A stretch of DNA of 64,000 nt, from contig JAQUTK010000021.1 in the NCBI GenBank assembly GCA_028709785.1, forward strand, positions 610-64,609, read 5' to 3'. Source of the DNA: Bacteroidales bacterium (lineage in GTDB: Bacteria; Bacteroidota; Bacteroidia; Bacteroidales; JAQUTK01). Below the pieces are notes generated by a model. That model made no database searches, was not told the DNA's origin, and was given only the letters and a program-made list of their open reading frames with translations. The position numbers and the translations under genes were made by a program. Positions 9,428-18,113 of this stretch are shown here, one piece after another (within the stretch, counting starts at the first letter, position 1; each line of letters begins with the position of its first letter).

Positions 9428-10579
9428 TTACTTGAATAGCATGGGAGCAAATTCAGACAGATAGATACGCCAGTTTTTCCAGAGATGACCCTCTTCCGAC
9501 TCGTAATAGATATATTTATATCCCTTTTCGTCCAGCAGTTTGCGATACGCTTCGTTTCCTTTGTACAGGAAATCGGTTTTGCCGATTGCGATATAGTACA
9601 GTTTCGGGTTTTTCGCAAACTGAGTTTTCAGTTTGGCCTCAGAATCCTGATAAACCGGCGAATCATTTTCTCTTCCCGATAGGATAGCCGCAGAAAATAA
9701 CCCCACGTAATCAAATAGATCCGGATACTCTTTGGAGATGTGATAGGAGTGGAAGCCACCCATCGACAAGCCCGCGATGGCACGTCCCGATTTTGCCTTT
9801 ATGGTGCGGTAATTGCTGTCGATGAAATTGACGATATCCGGAAAACTCTTTTCCATCGAACCTTCCATCGTCTTGGGAAGTTGTGAGGTCGGCTTGTAAT
9901 AACCCAATGAAGACTCACCCGGAGCAGCTTCCTGCGCTACATTTCCGTTTGGCATGACCACAATCATCGGTTTGGCTTTGCCCTGAGCGATCAGGTTGTC
10001 CAGGATCTGAGCCGCGCGACCCAGTGTAATCCATCCTTCTTCATCATTACCCATTCCATGCAGCAGATACAGCACCGGATAACGCTTTTTGCTCGATTCA
10101 TATCCGGCAGGCGTATAGATCGTCATCCGACGGGCCATTTTCAGCGTCGGACTCTCATACCATCTACGGCTTACCGTGCCGTGAGCAACCTTATTTATTT
10201 TGTACAGATCCGCACGATCTCCGCCAATCAAAAACACGTTAAACACGTTTGCCACATCCCGAATCAAATAGACATTATTGGGATCATTCATTTTTAACCC
10301 ATCGACCAGAAAAGAGTAGTTGTACAGTTCCGGTTTCAACGGAGCCGGTGTCTTGAATTCCCAGATACCATCACTCCCTTTGGTCAAATCAGAAGGCCCC
10401 TGTGTCGTCAGAAAATCGCCGGTAATCTGAACCTTCGTGGCATTGGGCGCATTCAGCCGAAAAGTAACCGTATTGTCGGGATTGATCTCCGGCGAGATGA
10501 TCTCTTTTGCACGCCCTTGCTGAGCAAAAGAGAGAAGCGAAAGCTGTAAAAGAACAGCGAGAAGAAATAACTTTTTCAT
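9428..10579 (-). CDS. Secreted esterase (alpha/beta hydrolase of the putative-esterase family) with an N-terminal E-set/CBM48-like domain
   Basis: Signal peptide, N-terminal Ig-like segment (TVTFRLNAPNATKVQITGDF), YLLHG motif and GLSMGG nucleophile elbow. Confidence 0.8.
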   Translation of the reverse strand: MKKLFLLAVLLQLSLLSFAQQGRAKEIISPEINPDNTVTFRLNAPNATKVQITGDFLTTQGPSDLTKGSDGIWEFKTPAPLKPELYNYSFLVDGLKMNDPNNVYLIRDVANVFNVFLIGGDRADLYKINKVAHGTVSRRWYESPTLKMARRMTIYTPAGYESSKKRYPVLYLLHGMGNDEEGWITLGRAAQILDNLIAQGKAKPMIVVMPNGNVAQEAAPGESSLGYYKPTSQLPKTMEGSMEKSFPDIVNFIDSNYRTIKAKSGRAIAGLSMGGFHSYHISKEYPDLFDYVGLFSAAILSGRENDSPVYQDSEAKLKTQFAKNPKLYYIAIGKTDFLYKGNEAYRKLLDEKGYKYIYYESEEGHLWKNWRIYLSEFAPMLFK

Positions 10580-10647
10580 GATGTATGTAGATATGTTTAT
10601 TTTGCAGCCATGATACGAACGAAGAGGACGAGGAGGTCAACACTCAA

Positions 10648-10938
10648 TTATTCCCTGGCTTTCGCAGCTTTCAACTGAATGATCATAACAACTCCTGATA
10701 CAATAATACTGATCGTTGAAAGCCATATAAATGTCATTAAACCATCATTTAAATTAGTCTGTTTCCATCCGGGATAGCTTTTATACAAGTATACCCCCAG
10801 CATGATTTCTAATGAAATCATGCAGATTACGTGTACTCTCATGATCGGAATGGCTAGCTTATTCTTCAAGACCATAGATCCAAGAATCAATTGGCATAAA
10901 GCCGGTAGAAAAAATACGAAATAGAGGGGATTAAGCAT
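10648..10938 (-). CDS. Small 3-TM membrane protein (96 aa), paralog of 16623-16940
   Basis: Hydrophobic profile. Shares the LPxLxQxIxGxxxxKxK and NxDGL motifs with the 105-aa protein at 16623-16940. Confidence 0.5.
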   Translation of the reverse strand: MLNPLYFVFFLPALCQLILGSMVLKNKLAIPIMRVHVICMISLEIMLGVYLYKSYPGWKQTNLNDGLMTFIWLSTISIIVSGVVMIIQLKAAKARE

Positions 10939-11076
10939 GGCAAGTCTGTGTTTAGTTGGTTATCAATTGGGCAAAGATAATAGATTAATCAAGATAGAAG
11001 GAGTGATTATTCAATTTATTTTCAATTCATTCAATACCATACCCGCGACTCTTCTCATCCTTTGCACTCCTTCGCC

Positions 11077-11313
11077 TCACGGTTCGCCGAGATACTCCAC
11101 AATCAGTTGTACCTGTCGGGGCGAAAGTATCCGTGTGGAAGGTTTCATCCCGCTTTCAATCAGTGCCTTGTGGAGCGGTTTGCACCGCGTTATCCAGTTG
11201 TGCATCATTCTCCAGACATGCTCCTTTCTTCGGTTTGGAGTATAGAGAAGTGCCAGTTCGGTCTTGCTGTAGCATCTGATTCGAAAAGGTTCTATCGGTT
11301 CACTCTGTCTCAT
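11077..11313 (-). CDS. DUF4248 domain protein
   Basis: FRIRCYSKTELALLYTP...WI...L...G......SPRQVQLIVEYLGEP matches the Bacteroides DUF4248 pattern as I recall it. Confidence 0.7.
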   Translation of the reverse strand: MRQSEPIEPFRIRCYSKTELALLYTPNRRKEHVWRMMHNWITRCKPLHKALIESGMKPSTRILSPRQVQLIVEYLGEP

Positions 11314-11562
11314 GTTTCCGTTGTGTTTATTGCTATAAAGATACTAATAATCAACGAGATGAACAAGAAATGGGTGGCTTAATTATTCCACTTCGAAGAT
11401 CCCTTCCAACCCTTTCATCTTTTCAATCTCCAAAAAAATCAGGAGGAGTGAAACACTATTTTCAGGGTATTTTGAATTATTCCGAAGCTATATATATCTA
11501 TATAGCAAATACTTTTATTACTTTTGCCAAACGGGTTATACTTACACTCATATTCTTTCCAC

Positions 11563-14500
11563 ATGAAAAACGTATCCATCCTGATTCCTGAAACAATAGT
11601 CTGTCTCTTCATGCTGTTGATAGCTGCAGACAGCTACGCATATGATCCGACACGTATCAAACGACCTTACTCCATAGGAGTCTCCGACCGACTTCCAGAC
11701 GGATGGGGCTTTAAAGCCATCGGCAACACAAACTCTACCAACTGGTGCTACAAAGCATCCAACGGGCTCTTTTACATGAAAGTAGGAGGGGATATGATGA
11801 ACAACAATGGCGATGATTGTGCATTTATCTACTATGAAAATGATCAGGATGCGCAGATTGAAGCCCGTGTCATGGATGCGGAAATGGATAATAGTGCAAT
11901 GGCAAAAGGATTTGTGATGGTTCGCAAAGGAATGGCTATCAATGATCCGATGGGCTTTTTGGAAGCGAAAGCGCTCAACAACTCGGTCAGCTTTTGCTGG
12001 CGTGTAAAAAGTAGCACATCGGCTTCTTATGGTTCTTCAAACACAAAGAGTAGTACCAAAGGAAGTACCCACACACCTCCCGATTGCTTTCCCCGCTGGT
12101 TGAAACTGGTTCGCCAGGGCAAATACGTGGAAGCCTATCACAAGGATGATGTAGAAAATGCCGAATGGGTTAAAGTGGGTGGAATTGTGAATGTGGGTAT
12201 TGTCGGGAAGGCCTATATGGGCATTGGAGCCTCTTCTCTTTTCAAGAGTGCTGCCGAACCTAACTATACACAACCGGCAATATTCCTGTTTGATAACGTT
12301 GTCGTCAAAGATGTGGAGATCCCTTATGAGGTGCTGAATCCGCAATTGGTGGCAGAGCATTTTTATGAGTATCTCAAACCGGGCAGATCGCTCGATATCA
12401 ATGTCACCAAGCTCTTCGGTCATGCCTTGGGTGAGTATTTCACGGTGGAATGTCAGTCGATGGACCCAACCGTACTGGAAGCCTATTCATGGGAAAGGTT
12501 AAATGTACCGGATATTCAAGGCGAAAACTATACCAAGTATATCCGGGTCAAAGGACTTCGCGAGGGAGTGACCAGTTTGAAACTCTCTTGTACGATCAAG
12601 GGATTCACCATGCAGGCAGACTTCACCGTTGTTGTCTCCAACGGAAAATCCAAACCCATGACCCTTGATGCTGCCGAGCCATTCGGATGGAAACACATCA
12701 ATCTGGAGATACCGATCGATCCCAATCTGGTGTCTGGAGAGCCATTTGCCAACAAGAGACTCTTGATCAGTAAGAAGCTCCCCACTTTTCTTGGCAGCTG
12801 GGAGTATGATTGGGGAGGTAAAGATGTCGGCAACCATGCGATGACGCCCCGCAATAACCCTCCGACGGGAAATACAAGTTCCGATATGTATGTTTCCGGA
12901 GCCGTTACCTACGATTTTCGGGAGGAGTGGGTTCCGTATACCACTGCCGATAATTATGCGAAGGATACCATCCGCGCTGAGATCAACGGAGCCTACGGTT
13001 GCGATGTCGATTTGGCGTTCAAATCCTATACCTTCCCGAACAATAAATTTGATACCCGGATCTTTCTGGGATTCGTAGATACAACTGAGGCGAAGAATAT
13101 CGACTGGACAATATCCAGGGGACTCTTCTCCCGGCGTATCACCCAGGGAGGCTATGCGGAGACCGGTTTCCCGTATATCACCAACATCAAAGCAGGTGAC
13201 TGGGTGACCTACACCGTGTACGCTCCCCGTGAAGGATACTATCTGATCAGTCCCTTCACAGCCTTTCGCTCGTCCGACCGACGTTCGATCCGGATTGATG
13301 TAAATGGCATCATGCAGGTCAAAGAGCTCATCCTGACCAAAGGAAAAGGAGGGATAGACTGGGTGGAAGGAACGCGTACGCCGATCTTCCTGAAGAAAGG
13401 CGAAAACCAGCTGAAGATTATAGCCAATACACCGGACTTCAATTTCCTGGGTCTGAAGATGACCTTCCATACAGCCAAGCGAGTCACCTATTCCGGACTT
13501 TCCTACAACGCAACCACCAATTTCCGTCCGGAGATCAAGATAGACACGACCCTGATGTCGGAGGAAGAAATAGCAACGTATGATTCTATAACTGCGATTT
13601 ACGGTTCATCACCGATGATGCGCAAGTTCGTCATGGATTCCATCCTGCTCACCTATCCGAGAAAGACGATCTACGACACCCTTTCCATTTTGGACCGGTA
13701 CGCCTCGCGGCTCGACAGTATGCATGTGCCCTATGCCACCCATTCTGAAAAGCTCTCCGCGCTCGACACGATCGCCACGAAAATCGTTCATACCATCGAT
13801 TCGATCACCTTTTACACCAATCAGCGTACGGAGATGAAGCACATCGATCTGACCAGTTTTCTCTACAAGAGTGGATTTGATCCGCGCAAACCCATTGAGG
13901 TATCCATGAAGATCGATTCTGTCTCCAACTCAGGCATCGGTACCTATATGGGTATTATGGCGCGTGCGGTCAACAAAGGCGAACTGGCATCCAATTCTCC
14001 CTTCGTCTCGTTTGGTATCGGTGCGTACGAAGGAGGGCATTTTTCCTATCGATGGGCCTACGACTATGATTTGAAGAAGCTTGACAAGAAAGACATCGCA
14101 CAGGATGTCTATATCCGGCTTCGCTTCAATTTCTATGCGCAGGACTATGTCACCGCCTATTACTCCTATGATGGTCGCTTCTGGTCGGAATTTAATGAAG
14201 ACCCCCTGCAAGTTCAGTTTTTCAGTGGCGACAACATTGAGCACAATCTTGCCATCGGTATGTATCTCACAGGAGGCGATTTTACCGGCGATGTATGTAT
14301 GGCGATGGCCAAAGTCAGCAACTTCAGTGTGAAGCAGTACGACAGTATGAAAGAGTTTGAGCGGCAATACTCCTCGCAAGAGATGTACAATACCCCGTTT
14401 TCCATGAGTTCGACGACGCTACGCAGGGGGCAACCGGTTGATATCACCTACAATGTGATCAAGCCGGGAAGAGTATCCATCAAAGTATTCGATTCCTATG

Positions 14501-14664
14501 GCTCACTCAAAGAGGTACTAACCGATGAAGATAAGCCCTTCAGCAAAGAGGCCATAACAAAGAGCTATACGATCAGCGGACTATCCGAGTCCGGCATCTA
14601 TCTGCTTCAGTTTGAAGGCCCCGACAATGAGCAGTATCTGCGGTTCAGATACCTTGCCGAATAA
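11563..14664 (+). CDS. Large secreted protein with jelly-roll/LamG-like and CBM6-like domains and a T9SS C-terminal sorting domain
   Basis: The start is taken at MKNVSILIPETIVCLFMLLIAADSYA (signal peptide). CBM6-like block AGDWVTYTVYAPREGYYLI...LKKGENQLKI. C-terminal about 80 aa ending ...GIYLLQFEGPDNEQYLRFRYLAE resembles a Por/T9SS CTD. Confidence 0.75.
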   Translation: MKNVSILIPETIVCLFMLLIAADSYAYDPTRIKRPYSIGVSDRLPDGWGFKAIGNTNSTNWCYKASNGLFYMKVGGDMMNNNGDDCAFIYYENDQDAQIEARVMDAEMDNSAMAKGFVMVRKGMAINDPMGFLEAKALNNSVSFCWRVKSSTSASYGSSNTKSSTKGSTHTPPDCFPRWLKLVRQGKYVEAYHKDDVENAEWVKVGGIVNVGIVGKAYMGIGASSLFKSAAEPNYTQPAIFLFDNVVVKDVEIPYEVLNPQLVAEHFYEYLKPGRSLDINVTKLFGHALGEYFTVECQSMDPTVLEAYSWERLNVPDIQGENYTKYIRVKGLREGVTSLKLSCTIKGFTMQADFTVVVSNGKSKPMTLDAAEPFGWKHINLEIPIDPNLVSGEPFANKRLLISKKLPTFLGSWEYDWGGKDVGNHAMTPRNNPPTGNTSSDMYVSGAVTYDFREEWVPYTTADNYAKDTIRAEINGAYGCDVDLAFKSYTFPNNKFDTRIFLGFVDTTEAKNIDWTISRGLFSRRITQGGYAETGFPYITNIKAGDWVTYTVYAPREGYYLISPFTAFRSSDRRSIRIDVNGIMQVKELILTKGKGGIDWVEGTRTPIFLKKGENQLKIIANTPDFNFLGLKMTFHTAKRVTYSGLSYNATTNFRPEIKIDTTLMSEEEIATYDSITAIYGSSPMMRKFVMDSILLTYPRKTIYDTLSILDRYASRLDSMHVPYATHSEKLSALDTIATKIVHTIDSITFYTNQRTEMKHIDLTSFLYKSGFDPRKPIEVSMKIDSVSNSGIGTYMGIMARAVNKGELASNSPFVSFGIGAYEGGHFSYRWAYDYDLKKLDKKDIAQDVYIRLRFNFYAQDYVTAYYSYDGRFWSEFNEDPLQVQFFSGDNIEHNLAIGMYLTGGDFTGDVCMAMAKVSNFSVKQYDSMKEFERQYSSQEMYNTPFSMSSTTLRRGQPVDITYNVIKPGRVSIKVFDSYGSLKEVLTDEDKPFSKEAITKSYTISGLSESGIYLLQFEGPDNEQYLRFRYLAE

Positions 14665-14688
14665 GTTTACTGTCACAAAAGGAATAAC

Positions 14689-16560
14689 ATGAAACAGTTC
14701 TTTTTTCTTTTACTTTCATTCACTTTGCTTTGTGCTACTTCCAATGCATCTATCGCCTCTTTGGATAACCTTTCCATCAACGGTCGGAAAGCTGTTTTTG
14801 ACAAAGTAAGAAATGAGTATTCCTATATCCTGACCGAAGAGCAATTACATGAAGAGATAACAAAAACCATCGAATTTGCTTTTTCATCCGGGACACCCTC
14901 CGATGCCTATCTCACCATCAACGGACACGTCGTACAAAGTGGTGATGAGTTTTCATTTGGCGATGTAACAGGCGCCAAAAAGTTCAGGATTATGATCCTG
15001 AAAGGAGAAAATGAGTTGGGCGAAATGAATTTGTATTTTACAGCACACCCCATTGTTCAACTCTATGTTAATGAATCAAACGTTAAATCTCAAAATTACA
15101 CATTAGGTAAAATACGAGTCAACGGTCCTTCTTCCTCTACTCAGCTCGACACGTTGGATGCCAATATTCGATATCGCGGCGCATCAACACTGAAAAATCC
15201 GAAAAAATCCTTTGCGATCAAGCTGGTTCATCCGGTAACAAGCAACGAAACCGTGCAATATGAAAACCTGGATAAAAGTTTTCTTGGCATGCGTGAAGAT
15301 AACAGTTGGATTTTGGATGCCATGGTGATCGATCCTATCCGTCTGCGCAACAGGGTATCAACAGATCTGTGGAATGATTTTTCTGTAAAACCCTACTATT
15401 TTGCCAAAGAACCGAAAGCAATCAATGGTACCCGCGGAAAGTTTGTGGAGTTGTATATCAATGATACGTACAACGGCCTTTATTGTCTGACAGAGACTGT
15501 GAATCGGAAACAATTGAAGCTAAAGAAGTTCAAGGAAGGATCCTCCAGAGGTATCCCCGATACCATCAGAGGGCTTTTATATAAAGCAGTGAAATCTACT
15601 GCTCCTACACTGATGAGAGGTGTTAGTCTCAATTATGACAATGCCAGTGAGTCATGGGATGGATGGGAAAGCAAATATCCTGATGCCAGTGGTCTGGACA
15701 GTCTTGGCTACACGGACTGGAAACCGTTGTATGATGCCATTGTTTTCGTGGTATACTCCACGAATGCTTTCTTAGCAGAGAAAGTGGGGGAGCAGTTTGA
15801 TCTTCCTGTGTTCAGAGACTATTATCTCTTCATCGAATTGTTGAATGCAAAAGATAATTATGGAAAGAATACCTATTTATCCATCTATGACAAGACGCAA
15901 TCTAAAAAGATCTCCATTACTCCATGGGATCTTGATGGCGTGTTTGGCCGCTACTGGGATGGTTCAACATCAAGATGCAATCCCCGTCAGAATTATAATG
16001 CTTTTACAAAAGCAAATGAGAATGAACAGAATATGTTCTATAAGCGTCTGATGCAAAACAATGTCTGTGGTTTCAATGATTCCCTCAAATTGCGTTATGC
16101 TCAATTGCGCAAAGAATACTTTAAACCGGAAAATCTGATTGCCCGATTTGTACGCTACAACGACGAACTGGTTGCCGATGGTGCCGCCAACCGTGAAGTA
16201 CAGTACTGGCTTACCAGATCGGGTCGAGTGGAAGAATACCTGAGCGAGATGTCTTATCTCTCTACCTGGATCAATGCAAGGGTGGCCTATCTTGACACGC
16301 AGTATGGATATATAGATACTGATGAACCTCTTATGGTCACTGCGCTAAAGCTCCATGCGGTACCCAATCCGGTATCATCTCTTCTGATAGTCAGCAATCT
16401 CTTGCCCGGTGAAACAGTCACCCTTCATAATCAGCAAGGACAGCTTCTCCGCGAGCAACGCGCCGAATTCGAGTCAATGGCCATTGACTTCTCCGGCTAT
16501 TCCCCCGGACTTTACATCCTTAAGGCCGGCAACAGAACAGAGAAGATAATCAAACAATGA
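14689..16560 (+). CDS. CotH family protein with a T9SS C-terminal sorting domain
   Basis: CotH-like blocks (IRYRGASTLKNPKKSFAIKL, WILDAMVIDPIRLRNRVSTDLWN, VELYINDTYNGLYCLTE, NAKDNYGKNTYL, PWDLDGVFG). CTD: VPNPVSSLLIV...GLYILKAGNRTEKIIKQ. Confidence 0.8.
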   Translation: MKQFFFLLLSFTLLCATSNASIASLDNLSINGRKAVFDKVRNEYSYILTEEQLHEEITKTIEFAFSSGTPSDAYLTINGHVVQSGDEFSFGDVTGAKKFRIMILKGENELGEMNLYFTAHPIVQLYVNESNVKSQNYTLGKIRVNGPSSSTQLDTLDANIRYRGASTLKNPKKSFAIKLVHPVTSNETVQYENLDKSFLGMREDNSWILDAMVIDPIRLRNRVSTDLWNDFSVKPYYFAKEPKAINGTRGKFVELYINDTYNGLYCLTETVNRKQLKLKKFKEGSSRGIPDTIRGLLYKAVKSTAPTLMRGVSLNYDNASESWDGWESKYPDASGLDSLGYTDWKPLYDAIVFVVYSTNAFLAEKVGEQFDLPVFRDYYLFIELLNAKDNYGKNTYLSIYDKTQSKKISITPWDLDGVFGRYWDGSTSRCNPRQNYNAFTKANENEQNMFYKRLMQNNVCGFNDSLKLRYAQLRKEYFKPENLIARFVRYNDELVADGAANREVQYWLTRSGRVEEYLSEMSYLSTWINARVAYLDTQYGYIDTDEPLMVTALKLHAVPNPVSSLLIVSNLLPGETVTLHNQQGQLLREQRAEFESMAIDFSGYSPGLYILKAGNRTEKIIKQ

Positions 16561-16622
16561 TAGATTTGGCCGATGCTGGACTTTACTCTTACAGGGAGCT
16601 CTTTTTAGCCGCCAGGCAACAT

Positions 16623-16940
16623 CTATTCTTTTGCTTCAGTCGGCTTGTGAAACCTCTTTACAAGCCACTGAACCAGGAAGATGATCAGCGACAGGAGCAC
16701 CCCGAATCCCGTAAGCGCAAACAGTCCGACGACCCACAATCCATCGTGATTCTGGACCTGTTGTGCCCCGTAGTCTATGTATTTAAACACAAGAAACAAG
16801 ATGAGAAGCGTAGAAAGCAGGTTGATCAGACCCACCAGCCCTAACGACAGCTTCACCTTCTTCTTCACGGCCAAAGTTCCGACGATACATTGAAACAGTA
16901 TCGGTAGCATCAAAAACAGCAACACAAATTCTGTTTTCAT
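16623..16940 (-). CDS. Small 3-TM membrane protein (105 aa), paralog of 10648-10938
   Basis: Hydrophobic profile and shared motifs with 10648-10938. Preferred over the overlapping + strand ORF 16557-16844, which is low-complexity. Confidence 0.5.
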   Translation of the reverse strand: MKTEFVLLFLMLPILFQCIVGTLAVKKKVKLSLGLVGLINLLSTLLILFLVFKYIDYGAQQVQNHDGLWVVGLFALTGFGVLLSLIIFLVQWLVKRFHKPTEAKE

Positions 16941-17123
16941 ACTGAGATAGTTTAAGATTCGGACAAAGATAAATAATTCTTCTATTCAATAGCTGATTAC
17001 TACCGGAATCTGTTTATTTCACGCTCATCTGCTCAGACGGAAGCGTACGTTTCAATAATAATCGCTATATTTGATCTTTGTCCCGATTCGGAAAGAATGG
17101 AGGATGAATAAATAAATTATACT

Positions 17124-17996
17124 ATGCTGAGAATCGCTTTTGAATTTAGTGGTGACCCAATGCAATCTTTTCTCTTCCTGCTGCTCAGCATCGGAGTTAT
17201 GTATATGCTGTTGATAGGCATCATACGCCCTTCTGATGAAAAGAAAGAAGAGTCCGACGAGTTTGCTCAAACCAATCCGCTCGAGGATCCCTATGCAGAA
17301 GAGAACGATGATGAGGAGCCGGACGACACGGATGAGTCTGCCTACACCCCGCTCGACGAACCAATACCTGAGCGTTCCGGTCTTGCCGAGATTCTCCGTG
17401 TGCTGACACCCCGGAGAGGACACTTTGCCACGCCCATCCTCCTTGATCTCAATCTGCTCGTCTTCCTATGCATGGTTTTTGTGGGAGCAGGATTCTCTTC
17501 TTTCGAGACTGACGGACTGCTCAGCTGGGGTGCCAACTACCGTCCACTCGTTCTGGAAGGGGAGTGCGGACGATTGCTGACCTCTCTCTTTTTGCATGGC
17601 GGTTTGGAACATCTGATAGTCAATATGCTCGCTCTGCTCTTCATCGGCTTTTTCCTCGAACCGGTGATTGGTGCCTGGCGATTTGCACTCTCTTACCTTC
17701 TCACCGGACTGGCAGGCAGTCTGAGCAGCATCTGGTGGCATCCATTGTCGGTCAGTGTCGGAGCATCCGGTGCCATACTCGGCATGTATGGCGTAGCTAT
17801 CGCGCTGCTTCTTACCAACCTGCTTCCCGGGCAACTCAAACGAACCTCCTTACTCTGCTTCGTGGCTTATGTATGCTTCAGCCTTCTCAGCGGACTCACC
17901 GGCAACATTGACAATGCAGCACATATCGGCGGACTGCTTAGTGGGATCTTTGTCGGACTAGCGCTCTATCCGGGACTCAAAGCGAATGTTATATAG
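17124..17996 (+). CDS. Rhomboid family intramembrane serine protease
   Basis: LFLHGGLEHLIVNM, catalytic GASGAILG and AAHIGGLLSG motifs. Acidic N-terminal tail. Confidence 0.85.
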   Translation: MLRIAFEFSGDPMQSFLFLLLSIGVMYMLLIGIIRPSDEKKEESDEFAQTNPLEDPYAEENDDEEPDDTDESAYTPLDEPIPERSGLAEILRVLTPRRGHFATPILLDLNLLVFLCMVFVGAGFSSFETDGLLSWGANYRPLVLEGECGRLLTSLFLHGGLEHLIVNMLALLFIGFFLEPVIGAWRFALSYLLTGLAGSLSSIWWHPLSVSVGASGAILGMYGVAIALLLTNLLPGQLKRTSLLCFVAYVCFSLLSGLTGNIDNAAHIGGLLSGIFVGLALYPGLKANVI

Positions 17997-18113
17997 TTAT
18001 AAATGCAGGTTAAATAATGCAGATCTTCTTGTATTTCAGATATATCAAATTATTTTTGCAGCATAACAGTTCATAACGGTTAGAGAACAACTTAAATCAA
18101 ATAATACAGCTTT

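Noticed and set aside
11487-11506. AT-rich dyad GCTATATA-tatc-TATATAGC upstream of the large T9SS gene
   Set aside because: The stem is only 8 bp and consists purely of AT/TA steps in an AT-rich promoter region, so it is likely to occur by chance.
12499-13470. 323-aa ORF on the - strand inside the large T9SS cargo gene
   Set aside because: It is antisense to a 1034-aa frame that has a signal peptide, a CBM-like block and a T9SS CTD. It has no motifs of its own.
16557-16844. 95-aa + strand ORF overlapping the 105-aa membrane protein gene
   Set aside because: It is a low-complexity basic/acidic sequence. The minus-strand alternative has a coherent 3-TM profile and a paralog at 10648-10938.
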